Numbered from the stretch's first letter, positions 8,853-19,283 are shown. The stretch is 64,000 bases of DNA from Candidatus Eiseniibacteriota bacterium (GCA_030017955.1 JASEGR010000001.1:13761-77760), one strand, 5' to 3'. Notes: generated by a model from the sequence alone, not told the origin. Made by a program: numbers and translations.

Positions 8853-10460
8853 CTAGCACACCCCGCAGAGCTTGCATGTTGTGACGTCGCACTCCGGCGA
8901 TGATTGACCTTCTTTGGCCCTGGCATATTCTTTCAAGAGAAAGCTCCTCTCGATTCCTGAATCAATGATTTCCCAGGGGAACTCGCTGTTTACAGGCCTC
9001 GGTTCATGGACATGATTCTCAATGTCAATTCCTACCCTTCTTAGCGCGAAGCGGAATTGAATTCCTTCTTTCTCCCTGTGAAAGAGGCCCATGCCCAACC
9101 TGTCATCCCCCCTGGCAATGGCGGCCTGAATGATTGCCTGACGGATGCTCTTCAGAATCAACTTCACGCCCCTCTTTCGTGAAAGGGACCGCTTGAATAT
9201 ATTCATCTTCTCTTCGAGCTCATCTTCTCTTTCCATTCCTGCCCACTGGAATGGTGTCCACGGCTTCGGCACAAACGGATTTACGCTTACCGTGAGCCGC
9301 CGCTGACGGCGTGAACCCCAGTCGCCTGCAAACGCATTCTGAGCACTTGAAACCAGGTCTCCGATGGCATCAATGTCTTCCCTTTGCTCAAGCGGAAGCC
9401 CAATCAGAAAGTAAAGCTTCACCTCTCCTATTCCGGCCTCTCCGGCCGCCTGGACCGTGTCAAGGAATGCTCTCACATTCAGCCTCTTGTTTACTACGTT
9501 TCCCATTCTCTCGGTCCCGATTTCCGGAGCAAGAGCGATTGATTTTGTGCCGCTTGAGGAAATTGTGCTGAGAAGCGATTTCATCGCCGAAGCTGTCTTC
9601 GTCACCGAATCTGCGCGCATTGACGAAATGCTCACTCTTTTTCCCAGGGCGTGAATCCTTTCGGAGACCGTGTCTATTGATGGATAATCGGAAACCGAAG
9701 CACTTACTAGTCCAACTGCGCGAACGTCGCCCGTGTTCCTTTTCACGGTCCCAAGAACAGAATCCAGTTTTCTGTTCCTCGGGGGCCTGTAGATGCAGCC
9801 CGCCGCGCAAAACCTGCATCCTCTGCCGCATCCCCGTCCAAGTTCGACAAGTAACATGGAGCCAAGGGGAGACTTTGCGCCTCCAACAACTGCAAATGTT
9901 TCAAACTCATCAAGACTCCTGATCCAGTTTCTGCGCGGCCTCGCGGATTGCCCCGCTGTCCAGTATTTCGGAATGAAGAAAAATTGTGAATCGCCCAGTT
10001 CTTCAAGAAGTGCCTCTTTTCCGGGAATCGCATTTCGTACCAGAGCTTCACCCAGCTTCGCAATCTCAGACTCCCCCTCGCCAAGAAAGAAGGCATCAAC
10101 GAATGGAACAAGCGGAAGCGGATTGAGTGTCGGAGCCACTCCGCCACAAACTATTAGCGGATCTCCTTCGCCCCTTTCTTCACGAAGGGGGTTTATGCCT
10201 GAAAGAAAAAGTATTTTGAGCAGGTTGAGATAGTCATTTTCAAATGAAATGGAGAATGCCACTGTCCCGAATTTGGAGATGGGCAGGTTGCTTTCAATCG
10301 TCCTGGGCGTGGTTCTTTCCGGCTGAAGGAAAGCTCTCTCACAATTCAGGCCGGGGACGGACGAGAGCTCCCGGAAGACCGAGACGAATCCCATGTTTGA
10401 CAGGCCAATGTGGGAGAGATTTGGATAGACGAGGACGACCGACGCTTTTGCTTTTGGCAC
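8853..10460 (-). CDS. Radical SAM protein with N-terminal B12-binding-like domain (uncharacterized family)
   Basis: 535 aa. CxxxCxxC motif GCGRGCRFCAAG. The N-terminal Rossmann-like region is VVLVYPNLSHIGLSNMGF ... LIVCGGVAPTLNP. Confidence 0.6.
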   Translation of the reverse strand: MPKAKASVVLVYPNLSHIGLSNMGFVSVFRELSSVPGLNCERAFLQPERTTPRTIESNLPISKFGTVAFSISFENDYLNLLKILFLSGINPLREERGEGDPLIVCGGVAPTLNPLPLVPFVDAFFLGEGESEIAKLGEALVRNAIPGKEALLEELGDSQFFFIPKYWTAGQSARPRRNWIRSLDEFETFAVVGGAKSPLGSMLLVELGRGCGRGCRFCAAGCIYRPPRNRKLDSVLGTVKRNTGDVRAVGLVSASVSDYPSIDTVSERIHALGKRVSISSMRADSVTKTASAMKSLLSTISSSGTKSIALAPEIGTERMGNVVNKRLNVRAFLDTVQAAGEAGIGEVKLYFLIGLPLEQREDIDAIGDLVSSAQNAFAGDWGSRRQRRLTVSVNPFVPKPWTPFQWAGMEREDELEEKMNIFKRSLSRKRGVKLILKSIRQAIIQAAIARGDDRLGMGLFHREKEGIQFRFALRRVGIDIENHVHEPRPVNSEFPWEIIDSGIERSFLLKEYARAKEGQSSPECDVTTCKLCGVC

Positions 10461-10469
10461 TGGACGGGA

Positions 10470-12080
10470 CTACGTGTCGCTCATTTGCGTCTTCGCTACG
10501 ATGTTTCCGGGGTCAAGCGAGAGGGCTTCGAGGAACTGCGCTTCTGCTTCTCTGTTCTTTCTCATTTTTCTCAGGACGAGTCCAAGGGTTACTCTTGCTC
10601 TTACGAAATTCCTGTTTATATCCACAGCTCTTTCAAGATGTCTTTTCGCCTCATCGTCTCTGCCGAGTTTGAAGAGCAGCGAACCAAGCGCTTCGTGTAT
10701 GTCGGCATAACCGCCATTTTCATCGCACGCTTTCTTGAGAGACGCAAGCGCCTGTTCAAGCTTTCCGGCTCTTTCCTGACAGATTCCGAGATAGAATCTG
10801 GAAAGTGAGTACCCGGGGTTTATCTCCAGAGACCTCAGGAAATTCTCCTCGGCTTTCTGCCATCTCCCCTTCCCGAGATGGGCAGTTCCAAGCTGGAAGT
10901 AGAGATCAGCATAGTTTGGATGAATCTCCAGTGCTTTCTCAAGCTCAGAGATCGCTGCTTCAAACTCGCCCTTTTCAATATGCAGAAATGAGAGCTCGGA
11001 TGCAATCTCGGCAAGTTCTCCCCCAGTGCCCATGGAGGCCTTGAGCTCGCTGATTGCAGAAGTATCATCACCAAGAGCGTAGTAGCAGACCCCCATGAGT
11101 CTTCTCGCGACCCCGTAAGAGGGACTTATCCTCAGCGCACTCATGCACTCTTCAAGCGCGTCTCTCAGGTTTCCGCTCCTGAAATTCGAGACAGCCAGAA
11201 GCAGCCGTAAATCAGGGAAATTCGGTCTTAGAGAAACTGCCTTCGCCAGGTAACTTGATGCAGACTGGGGATCCCCGGCCTTGAGCAATGTCGCCCCGAG
11301 CGCTACGAGCGCCTCAAGATAATTCGGGTTGATCTCGAGGGCCTTGTTGAACTCAGAGAGTGCCTCGTTATTCCTCCCGATTTCCGATAAGAGAGTCCCG
11401 AGTCTGAATCTGTAATCGGCAAAGGCCGGCTCTGCGGAGACCGCCTTCTTCCACTCTTCGGCGGCATCCTCTTTCATTCCCCTCTGGTACAATTCCACCG
11501 CAGTCTCGACGTGAAGGAGCGCCTTTGATTTTCTGTCAATCTGGTCTTTCAGGCTTTCGAGCGAAACCATCGCCGCTCCGTTCTTGAGGGCGAGACTGGA
11601 CGGGAGCGGGAATCCCAGCTCCTTCACCTTTTGAAGCTCGTCCCTCGCGTCCTTTGTGTTTCCCTTCTCGAAGTAACATATTGCAAGGTATGAGCGGGCC
11701 TCTGCGTACTCTGGGTTTATGGCAATGGCGTCTTTCAAATGAGCAATGGCCTCATCAAGCCTTCCTGATCGCTCGCATGTCACTCCCAATTGGAAATGAA
11801 GATCTGGATAGTTCGGGTTTTCTGCAAGCGCTTTCTTGAAAGACTCCTCTGCCTTCTCAGGTTCGCCCTTCTTGAGGTAGGAAAGTCCGAGGTTTGCCCT
11901 GGCTTCAGCGGAATAGAATCTTCCCAGGCTGTAGTAGGGATCGCTTCTGTCCTCAATTTCAACAAGGGCCTTTTCGAACTCTTCGATCGCCTGATCGTAG
12001 AGGCCGTTGTTGAAACACACGATCCCCTTCTGGTAGTGACTGTCCTTCTTGGAACCGAACAGCTTAGTTAAAAAGGACAT
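10470..12080 (-). CDS. Tetratricopeptide-repeat (TPR) protein
   Basis: 536 aa made of roughly 34-aa repeats with the A..Y/F..A...NP pattern throughout (e.g. ALEINPNYLEA, AIAINPEYAEA). It lies immediately downstream of ftsZ. Confidence 0.8.
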   Translation of the reverse strand: MSFLTKLFGSKKDSHYQKGIVCFNNGLYDQAIEEFEKALVEIEDRSDPYYSLGRFYSAEARANLGLSYLKKGEPEKAEESFKKALAENPNYPDLHFQLGVTCERSGRLDEAIAHLKDAIAINPEYAEARSYLAICYFEKGNTKDARDELQKVKELGFPLPSSLALKNGAAMVSLESLKDQIDRKSKALLHVETAVELYQRGMKEDAAEEWKKAVSAEPAFADYRFRLGTLLSEIGRNNEALSEFNKALEINPNYLEALVALGATLLKAGDPQSASSYLAKAVSLRPNFPDLRLLLAVSNFRSGNLRDALEECMSALRISPSYGVARRLMGVCYYALGDDTSAISELKASMGTGGELAEIASELSFLHIEKGEFEAAISELEKALEIHPNYADLYFQLGTAHLGKGRWQKAEENFLRSLEINPGYSLSRFYLGICQERAGKLEQALASLKKACDENGGYADIHEALGSLLFKLGRDDEAKRHLERAVDINRNFVRARVTLGLVLRKMRKNREAEAQFLEALSLDPGNIVAKTQMSDT

Positions 12081-12132
12081 AGTCTGGCCCGCCTTCCCGG
12101 TTAAAGCACTTATCTATCCTGAGCTGCTGCTA

Positions 12133-12218
12133 GTGCACCGTAACATAAATAAGTTGACGTTGACATTGCCCCAGAACGGTGCACTGCTCGGGCTTTTAGG
12201 GGGTCGAGCCCGACCCCC
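12133..12218. other. Structured intergenic region downstream of ftsZ: a long inverted repeat (GTGCACCGT ... ACGGTGCAC, 12133-12184) plus the palindrome GGGGGTCG-agc-CGACCCCC (12199-12218)
   Basis: The stems are visible directly. The second palindrome is the same element as 7443-7466. It may act as a terminator for ftsZ, but no U-run follows it. Confidence 0.4.
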
Positions 12219-12337
12219 TAAGGGGTTACAGTTGCGAAAGTTGCCGGTGGCAAGTTTCGAAATGTCATAGGGGCGATAGCCCCTGTGAAAGTGCTGGGGC
12301 ACCGCATAATAAGTTCGCGAATTTATGTGACACAGCA

Positions 12338-13492
12338 CTAGTCGCGCCTCCTCATGAAAGTCGGGATCTCAAGCTCATCCTTTCCTGCAACCTTATTCCA
12401 TTTCTTCTCCCTGAGTCCAAGGGAATTGAGGAGTTCTTCCTTCCTCCTGGAATCAGGCCTTCTCAGGCTCTCCTGACCCAAAGGTAGCTCAAGATGCTCC
12501 TTGGTTTCAACTAATTCTATCTTGGGTTCTCCATTCTTGCCGAACCCTGTGGCAATGACCGTGATCTTGAGCATATCCTTCATCGAGTCGTCAATGACGG
12601 CACCAAAGAGCACGTTTGCATCAGTACCCGCCGCCTCCGTTATCACGTTCGCGGCATCATTGACTTCGTGCAGCGTCAGGTCGGCGCCGCCCGTGATATT
12701 CACAAGCACTGCTTCAGCACCGGCCACGGAAACCTCTTCAAGAAGCGGACTTGAAATTGCCGCCTTTGCCGCATCAATTGCCCTGGTGGGACCCTTGCCT
12801 ACTCCGGTCCCCATAAGAGCATTTCCCTTCTCCAGCATGACGGAGCGCACATCGGCAAAGTCCAGGTTCACCAGTCCGGGCGTCGTGATCAGCTCTGAGA
12901 TTCCCCTTGCCGCCTGATGAAGTACTTCATCGGCCATCCTGAAGGCCTGCGTGAGCGTCGTCTCGCGCTCCACGACCGAAATGAGCCGTTGGTTCGGAAT
13001 CACAATAAGAGTATCAACCTCTTTCCCAAGTTCGAGAAGTCCCTCATCGGCTTGTCTCATCCTGGTCTTCCCTTCGAATTCGAAAGGCTTAGTAACTATC
13101 GCAACAGTCAGTGCCCCCATTGACCTGGCCACTGCGGCGACTACGGGAGCGCCGCCGGTGCCTGTCCCCCCGCCCATACCGGCTGTCACAAAGACCATGT
13201 CTGCGCCCTGGACTGCCTCAACGATGAGATCCTCATCTTCCTCGGTTGCCCTTTTCCCAATCTCAGGATCGCCCCCGGAGCCAAGTCCCTTCGTGAGCTT
13301 CGTCCCTAACTGAATCTTTTTGCAGGCACTTGACCGTGCCAGGGCCTGGCAATCTGTGTTTGCGACCATGAAGTCAACGTTTGAGAGCCCTGCTTCAACC
13401 ATTCTGTCTACAGCATTGCCTCCTGCCCCGCCGATTCCGATCACCCTGATTGTTGCGTTCTGTATGTTCTCCTCATCAAACTCGAAAATCAT
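12338..13492 (-). CDS. ftsZ: Cell division GTPase FtsZ
   Basis: 384 aa. Tubulin signature GGGTGTGGAP and an N-terminal IRVIGIGGAGGNAV. Confidence 0.95.
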   Translation of the reverse strand: MIFEFDEENIQNATIRVIGIGGAGGNAVDRMVEAGLSNVDFMVANTDCQALARSSACKKIQLGTKLTKGLGSGGDPEIGKRATEEDEDLIVEAVQGADMVFVTAGMGGGTGTGGAPVVAAVARSMGALTVAIVTKPFEFEGKTRMRQADEGLLELGKEVDTLIVIPNQRLISVVERETTLTQAFRMADEVLHQAARGISELITTPGLVNLDFADVRSVMLEKGNALMGTGVGKGPTRAIDAAKAAISSPLLEEVSVAGAEAVLVNITGGADLTLHEVNDAANVITEAAGTDANVLFGAVIDDSMKDMLKITVIATGFGKNGEPKIELVETKEHLELPLGQESLRRPDSRRKEELLNSLGLREKKWNKVAGKDELEIPTFMRRRD

Positions 13493-13518
13493 TTCATCCT
13501 CCTTTCAGATCAGATTGC

Positions 13519-13598
13519 CCCCTCACCCTACCCTCTCCCCATGGGGGAGAGGGAAACGGGGTCGACACTCTCTCCCCATGGGGGAGAGGGAAGCGGGG
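13519..13598. repeat. Two copies of the palindromic element (C)CCTCTCCCC-atg-GGGGAGAGGG with flanking CCCTCACCCTA or A(A/G)CGGGG
   Basis: Located in the ftsA-ftsZ intergenic region. Same family as 7410-7450 and 48781-48880. Copy 1 is in the inverse orientation. Confidence 0.8.
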
Positions 13599-13624
13599 CC
13601 GGCCGACAAGCTTGGTTTTGAGAT

Positions 13625-14854
13625 CTACGAAACAAGACTCTTCACCCATCTTCCTAATCCTCCGCCCAGTTTTCCGAGGACACCTTTCCCGTCTGCGCCC
13701 GAAGGAGCGCCGCTCTCGACAGCATGAATCACAAGTCCAACTGCTGTTGAGAATCTTGGGTCGCTGACGGCATCAATCAGTCCTCCAACTCCCTTCGGAA
13801 TTCCTCTCCTAGCCGGCATCTCAAAGATACGTTCGGAGAGCTCGGGGACACCTTCCATCGAAGATGCTCCCCCGGTAACAACAACTCCTGCCCCAAGAAG
13901 GTCTGCGAAGTGCTGCTTCTTTACCTCCCTCAGGGCAAGGTTGAATATCTCCTCCATCCTTGGTTCTATCATCGAGCTCAAGACATGCCTTGATATTTCT
14001 CTGGGCGGCCTGCCCCCGACACTTGGCACGGTCACTGCCTCTCCGGCTCCGACTGCTGAACTCAGGGCGCAGCCGTGCTGAATCTTCAACTGCTCCGCCT
14101 TGTCAATCGGCGTTCTCAGGCCTATTGCGATATCGTTCGTTACATTCGAGCCTCCAAGGCCTATTACGACAGTGTGCCTTATGCTTCCATCATGGAAGAT
14201 CGCAACGTCAGTCGTACCGCCGCCTATGTCAACGAGCACAACGCCGAGGTTTATCTCATCATCTTCGAGGACGGCTTTGCTTGACGCGATTGGCTGGAGG
14301 ATCAGGTCCTCGACTTTCAGTCCCGCCCTCTGAATGCTTCTCACGACATTCTTTGCGGACGTCACCGCACCCGTGACAATGTGGACCTCAGCTTCAAGTC
14401 TCACACCCGACATGCCGACAGGGTCTTTGATCCCGTCCTGATCGTCCACAATGAACTCCTGAGGAATCACATGAATTATCTCTCTGTCCATGGGAATGGC
14501 TACGGCCTTGGCTGCTTCGATCACCCTCCTGACATCATTCTCGCCTATCTCATTGTCTTTTCTCGAGACGGCAATCACCCCTCTTGAGTTTATGCTTCTT
14601 ATGTGATCGCCCGCGATGCCCGCATAGATCGATTTGATCTCGACGCCTGCCATTCGCTCAGCCTCTTCCACGGCACGCTCAATCGAATGAACAGTCTTCT
14701 CGAGGTTGACCACAACGCCCCTTCTCAGGCCGTCAGACGGTCCAGTCCCCACGCCCACGATGTTTATCTCGTTGTTGTCGTCAACCTCGGCAATGATCAC
14801 GCCTATCTTTGTCGTGCCGATGTCAAGAGCTGAAATGGTCTTTGTCGTGCCCAC
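13625..14854 (-). CDS. ftsA: Cell division protein FtsA (actin-like ATPase)
   Basis: 409 aa. N-terminal ALDIGTTKIGVIIAEV phosphate-binding motif. It is followed by ftsZ. Confidence 0.9.
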   Translation of the reverse strand: MGTTKTISALDIGTTKIGVIIAEVDDNNEINIVGVGTGPSDGLRRGVVVNLEKTVHSIERAVEEAERMAGVEIKSIYAGIAGDHIRSINSRGVIAVSRKDNEIGENDVRRVIEAAKAVAIPMDREIIHVIPQEFIVDDQDGIKDPVGMSGVRLEAEVHIVTGAVTSAKNVVRSIQRAGLKVEDLILQPIASSKAVLEDDEINLGVVLVDIGGGTTDVAIFHDGSIRHTVVIGLGGSNVTNDIAIGLRTPIDKAEQLKIQHGCALSSAVGAGEAVTVPSVGGRPPREISRHVLSSMIEPRMEEIFNLALREVKKQHFADLLGAGVVVTGGASSMEGVPELSERIFEMPARRGIPKGVGGLIDAVSDPRFSTAVGLVIHAVESGAPSGADGKGVLGKLGGGLGRWVKSLVS

Positions 14855-14909
14855 AGTCTTTTCACCTGCCCTTTCTGATCAAGTCGGCGTTCCAAGGAAT
14901 GGAGCCGGC

Positions 14910-15776
14910 TCAATCCGGTACTGTGTTGTCAAAATGGGGACTGGCTTCCCCCCTTTTTGTAACAACAAACTGATTGCTAAACCGAAGGTCTATGGATTCA
15001 GCGTCAATGCCTTTCTTCCTCAGGTCGCTCATCACAAGCCTCAGGCCTACGAGTTTCCCTCTCTCGACATCATCCTTTGAAAGCACGGCCTTCGCGCATC
15101 CTCCCGTCATGTACAGATATACTGCGCCCGATGATGAAAACCTCACTTCGGAAATAGTCTTTGACAAGCCGACTTCGGGGGTCATGAGCTCCGAGATAAG
15201 ATGGATGGCAAACCTCAGTTGGTCGCTCTGGACCCTCTGGCCCGGCCGCATCTTCCCGACTTGTATCCCGGAGACGATGGGAAGGTCGGCTACCACCCCG
15301 GAGACAGCGGATGAGAGCACTACTCCGTCAGCATCGACTTCATTGAGTTTCCCACATTGTATTAGCGCAACCGGCCTTCGCTCTCTGACGGCGATTCTTA
15401 TGGTGCCGGGCGGCACCCTTCTTACGTTCGCGTATCTTATTCTGGGATGAGAGAGGAGTCTGTTCTCTATGAGCTTCGGGTCTATTCTCAGCAAGTTTCT
15501 ATCGCGCGGAATCCGGGCGGTCTCCAAAACGTCTTCCTTGAGAAGGTACTCATTTCCTTCAATCTGGATTGTCCTGATTCTGAAGAGAGATAGTCTCGGG
15601 ATGAAGTCCGTCTCACGAACGAAGTACCAGACCTTCCCAAGCTTCCTCACGGGGACGGCATCAGGAGAAAAGGCGAAGTATGCGAGAGAGAAAAGAATGA
15701 GGATAAGCGGAGCGGCAAGATGCCGCCTTCTTCGCGTTTTTCCCGCAGTTGCTCCTCCCAGATAGGAAGTCTTCAT
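14910..15776 (-). CDS. ftsQ: Cell division protein FtsQ (POTRA domain)
   Basis: 288 aa. An N-terminal TM helix followed by periplasmic POTRA-like sequence. It lies between murB and ftsA. Confidence 0.75.
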   Translation of the reverse strand: MKTSYLGGATAGKTRRRRHLAAPLILILFSLAYFAFSPDAVPVRKLGKVWYFVRETDFIPRLSLFRIRTIQIEGNEYLLKEDVLETARIPRDRNLLRIDPKLIENRLLSHPRIRYANVRRVPPGTIRIAVRERRPVALIQCGKLNEVDADGVVLSSAVSGVVADLPIVSGIQVGKMRPGQRVQSDQLRFAIHLISELMTPEVGLSKTISEVRFSSSGAVYLYMTGGCAKAVLSKDDVERGKLVGLRLVMSDLRKKGIDAESIDLRFSNQFVVTKRGEASPHFDNTVPD

Positions 15777-16691
15777 TCAGACAATCTCCGGGACCATTTC
15801 GATCTCAAGTTCAAGTTCGATTCCAAACCTCTTCAGGACTTCATTCCTGGCAATATCCACGAGCCGCCGAACATCCGATGCCTTTGCGCTTCCGATGTTC
15901 ACAATGAAGTTACCGTGAAGCTCCGAGATCTGAGCCCCTCCTTCGATCCTGCCCTTCAATCCACACTGCTCTATGAGTTTTCCTGCCGAGTTCCCTTGCG
16001 GATTCCTGAAAACAGAGCCTGCCGACGGAAGCTTGATCGGCTGAGTCTGCTTTCTTTTCGCTTCGAAACTCTCCATCTTGGCTTTTATTTCCGACCGGTC
16101 CCCTTCGTGGAGCTCCAGCGTTACACTCGTCAGAACAACCGGATATGGCAAAACTGCTTTTCTGTATCCAAAGTCAATCGATGCTCCGTCAAGAAGACAG
16201 ACCCTTCCTGTCTTTGTGTAGCCTTTTACCCAGCGAATCAGCTTTCCGACTTCCCCGCCGTAAGCTCCAGCATTGGTGAAAACGGCGCCACCGATAGACC
16301 CGGGAATTCCCGTTACGAATTCGAGACCCTGGAGGGATTCATCCCTGGCAAACTTTGACACGGAAAGGAGCTTTGCCGAGGCCTGGGCTTCAATTATCCT
16401 GCCTGTTGATTGAATTCGCTCGAACCCTTTGGACAGCTTTATCACTATCCCCCTCATTCCCTCATCGCTGAAAAGCACGTTCGTGCCCAACCCGATAGTC
16501 TTCCAGGGCAGTTCCCTTGAACTTATTGCCTTGAGAAGCTCCTCGATGGCCTCCTCACTGCCGGGAATGCAGAGTACATCCGCCGGTCCGCCAATCCTGA
16601 AGTATGAGTGCCTGGAAAGAGGCTCCATCTTAAGGACCTTGACGCCCGGGATCTTCCACAGGACGCTGTATTTTTCCAGACTGTCTTCCAT
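15777..16691 (-). CDS. murB: UDP-N-acetylenolpyruvoylglucosamine reductase MurB
   Basis: 304 aa. FAD-binding region FRIGGPADVL..., GLGTNVL and TGIPGSIGGAV. Confidence 0.9.
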   Translation of the reverse strand: MEDSLEKYSVLWKIPGVKVLKMEPLSRHSYFRIGGPADVLCIPGSEEAIEELLKAISSRELPWKTIGLGTNVLFSDEGMRGIVIKLSKGFERIQSTGRIIEAQASAKLLSVSKFARDESLQGLEFVTGIPGSIGGAVFTNAGAYGGEVGKLIRWVKGYTKTGRVCLLDGASIDFGYRKAVLPYPVVLTSVTLELHEGDRSEIKAKMESFEAKRKQTQPIKLPSAGSVFRNPQGNSAGKLIEQCGLKGRIEGGAQISELHGNFIVNIGSAKASDVRRLVDIARNEVLKRFGIELELEIEMVPEIV

Positions 16692-16693
16692 CT

Positions 16694-18061
16694 CTAGGCC
16701 AACCCTTTCAAGACTTCATCTCCTGTCTTCCAGATGTCTCCGGCGCCAAGCGTGACGAGGACATCTCCATCCTCAAGGAATTTCAAGAGACTCTTGGTCA
16801 ACTCTTCCAAGCTTGCGACAAGCTCTATGCCCTTCTGCCCGGTCTTCTTTACCGAATTGACTATCAGCTCTGAAGAAACGCCCGGAATAGGTTCTTCACC
16901 GGCCGCGTATATCGGAGTCACGAAGACGAAATCAGCCTGCGAGAAGCACACTCCGAAAGACTCACGGAGAGCTTTCGTTCGTGTGTAGCGGTGAGGCTGA
17001 AACGCAACAACTATCCTCTTGTTCATCGTCCGGCGGATAGTGTCGAGCACGGCAGCGATCTCGGTGGGGTGATGACCATAGTCGTCAATGACAAGGATCC
17101 CCTTCTGCCTGCCTCTGACTTCAAGCCTCCTCGATACGCCCTGAAATTCGCCCAGCGCCTCCTTCACCCTCTCAAAGTCAACGCCGAGCTCCAGGCCTAC
17201 TGAAACCGCTGCAAGCGAGTTCAGGATATTGTGCAGTCCCGGAAGCTTCAGGTCGACTTCGCCAAGCAGTTTGTCCGCCATCCACACCTGGAATCCGCAC
17301 CTTTCTCCGTTCAGCCGGAGCTCTTTGGCGAGGAGGTCGGCCCCGGTCCTGATGCCGTAGGTCAGAACTCTTTTTTCTATCCTGGGAAGAATCGACTGAA
17401 CATTGGCATCATCCAGGCAGGCAACTACGGCCCCATAGAACGGCACTCTGTTTACGAATTGAACAAACGTATCTTTTATCTCATCAATCCCGGAGTAGTG
17501 ATCAAGATGCTCGGCATCTATGTTGGTCACGACTGCAATTGTCGGCGAGAGCTTAAGGAACGAGCCGTCGCTCTCGTCTGCTTCCGCCACAAGAAACTCA
17601 CCGGTTCCGAGCCTTGCATTTGTGCCGATGGCCCGCAATCTCCCGCCCACGACTATTGTCGGGTCCAGCCCGCCCTTTGCGAGGACTTCGGCGACAAGAG
17701 AAGTTGTGGTTGTCTTGCCGTGCGCACCGGCAACTGCGACCCCATATTTCATCCGCATCAGCTCGGCGAGCATCTCGGCCCTTGGAATGGAAGGTATCTT
17801 GAGTTCCCTTGCGCCGAGAAGCTCCGGGTTGTCGCTTCCTATTGCGGAGGAAACGACGACCACGTGCGCCCCGGCTACGTTTTGCTTCGTGTGTCCAAGA
17901 AAGATATTTGCTCCGAGCAAGGAAAGCCTGTTCGTGACTTCGCTATCCCGCAGGTCTGAGCCGGAAACCGAGTAGCCCATGTTGATGAGAACCTCTGCAA
18001 TGCCGCACATCCCTGTCCCACCGATGCCTATGAAATGGATTCGTTTTATTCTGGCGTACAT
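16694..18061 (-). CDS. murC: UDP-N-acetylmuramate--L-alanine ligase MurC
   Basis: 455 aa. HFIGIGGTGMCGIAEVL and GAHGKTTTTS. Confidence 0.92.
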   Translation of the reverse strand: MYARIKRIHFIGIGGTGMCGIAEVLINMGYSVSGSDLRDSEVTNRLSLLGANIFLGHTKQNVAGAHVVVVSSAIGSDNPELLGARELKIPSIPRAEMLAELMRMKYGVAVAGAHGKTTTTSLVAEVLAKGGLDPTIVVGGRLRAIGTNARLGTGEFLVAEADESDGSFLKLSPTIAVVTNIDAEHLDHYSGIDEIKDTFVQFVNRVPFYGAVVACLDDANVQSILPRIEKRVLTYGIRTGADLLAKELRLNGERCGFQVWMADKLLGEVDLKLPGLHNILNSLAAVSVGLELGVDFERVKEALGEFQGVSRRLEVRGRQKGILVIDDYGHHPTEIAAVLDTIRRTMNKRIVVAFQPHRYTRTKALRESFGVCFSQADFVFVTPIYAAGEEPIPGVSSELIVNSVKKTGQKGIELVASLEELTKSLLKFLEDGDVLVTLGAGDIWKTGDEVLKGLA

Positions 18062-18067
18062 ACCAAA

Positions 18068-19213
18068 TCAGTTCCCTGCGTCCGGCGGATGATGCCCTCC
18101 GGCAAGCCTCTCAATGCATCTCGCAATCTTCTCGGCGGCATCGTATCTTGCCATTCCTCTTGCGCACTTTGACATCTTCCTGAGCGTGACGGAGTCATCC
18201 AGAATTGAGACAATGACGCCCGCGAGTCTTTCGCCTGTCAGTTCGCTTTCCCTTATTACCCTTGCTGCCCCGGCCTCTTTGAACGCGGCCGCATTGACCT
18301 CCTGATGGCCGTGAGTCGCATAAGGATACGGAATCAGTATCGAAGGGAGCCCGGAGGCGGCAATCTCAGCGAGGGCTGTTGCCCCCGCCCTCGCAACCAC
18401 GATGTCGGCTACCTTGTACGCAGCCTCAATCCGGTCGAGATAAGCTCTTATCCAGACTCTGTCTTTGAATTCCTTGAGAGATTCGCTTACCAGGGAAAAA
18501 TCACGCTCTCCTGTTTGTATGATGTACTGGATGTCCTCTCTGTTCTTCAGGACGGTAACGGTCCGCACAATTGCCTCGTTTATTCTCTTGGCCCCTCTGC
18601 TTCCTCCAAAGACAAAAACTGTCTTTTTCCCCTTTGAGAATCCGAACTCCTCAAGCCCCTGTCCTGACTCTCCTTCAACCACCGATCTTCTGACCGGGTT
18701 TCCGCTCAGCCTGAGTCTCGTTTTGCGCCTGAAGAACTTCCTGGACTCCGCAAAGCTGATGTGAATCTCGTCAGCAAACAGCGAGAGAAGTCTGTTTGAG
18801 AGTCCCGGAACGGTGTTCTGCTCTTGAATGAGAGTTGACTTTCTCAGGAGCTTCGCAACCATGAGCGTGGGACAGCTGACATATCCTCCCGTTCCAACCA
18901 CGCAGTCCGGCTTCCAGGAAATGATCATCTTCGCCGCTTGGAGCAGCCCCAAGAAGAAATCAATGAACGCCAACAGGAGCACGGGCGTGACCTTCCTCGG
19001 GAATCCCCTCGCATGCACGATTTTCAACTCGTAGCCCAGCTCCGGAATGATTTTCTTCTCAACACCCCTCTTGGTTCCGACGAAAAGCAATTCAACATCC
19101 GGGTTCGCACGTCTCAACTCTTCAGCTACTGCAACCCCGGGGTACACATGCCCTCCTGTACCGCCGCCAGCTATCATTATGCGCATCCCACCTCCCAGCC
19201 TCAGATGTTGCAA
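18068..19213 (-). CDS. murG: UDP-GlcNAc:lipid I GlcNAc transferase MurG
   Basis: 381 aa with GGTGGHVYPG. The real start is probably the internal Met (MRIMIAGGG..., near 19186). Confidence 0.9.
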   Translation of the reverse strand: MQHLRLGGGMRIMIAGGGTGGHVYPGVAVAEELRRANPDVELLFVGTKRGVEKKIIPELGYELKIVHARGFPRKVTPVLLLAFIDFFLGLLQAAKMIISWKPDCVVGTGGYVSCPTLMVAKLLRKSTLIQEQNTVPGLSNRLLSLFADEIHISFAESRKFFRRKTRLRLSGNPVRRSVVEGESGQGLEEFGFSKGKKTVFVFGGSRGAKRINEAIVRTVTVLKNREDIQYIIQTGERDFSLVSESLKEFKDRVWIRAYLDRIEAAYKVADIVVARAGATALAEIAASGLPSILIPYPYATHGHQEVNAAAFKEAGAARVIRESELTGERLAGVIVSILDDSVTLRKMSKCARGMARYDAAEKIARCIERLAGGHHPPDAGN

Positions 19214-19283
19214 GACTCAGGCCGCCAACTGTCACCCTCCCGGGAGTTGATCTCAAATAGACTCGGCACACCGTTCCTGCCGG

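Noticed and set aside
12230-12300. tRNA-like TTCGAA motif (gcaagtttcgaaatg) in the ftsZ-TPR spacer
   Set aside because: There is no complementary T-stem, acceptor stem or anticodon arm, so it is not a tRNA.
15720-16358. Long plus-strand ORFs inside murB, murC (17231..17959), murF (23105..23827), nadE (4606..5190) and the fusion gene (43577..44179)
   Set aside because: They are antisense to well-supported minus-strand genes and have low-complexity or repetitive composition. They are typical GC-rich shadow ORFs.
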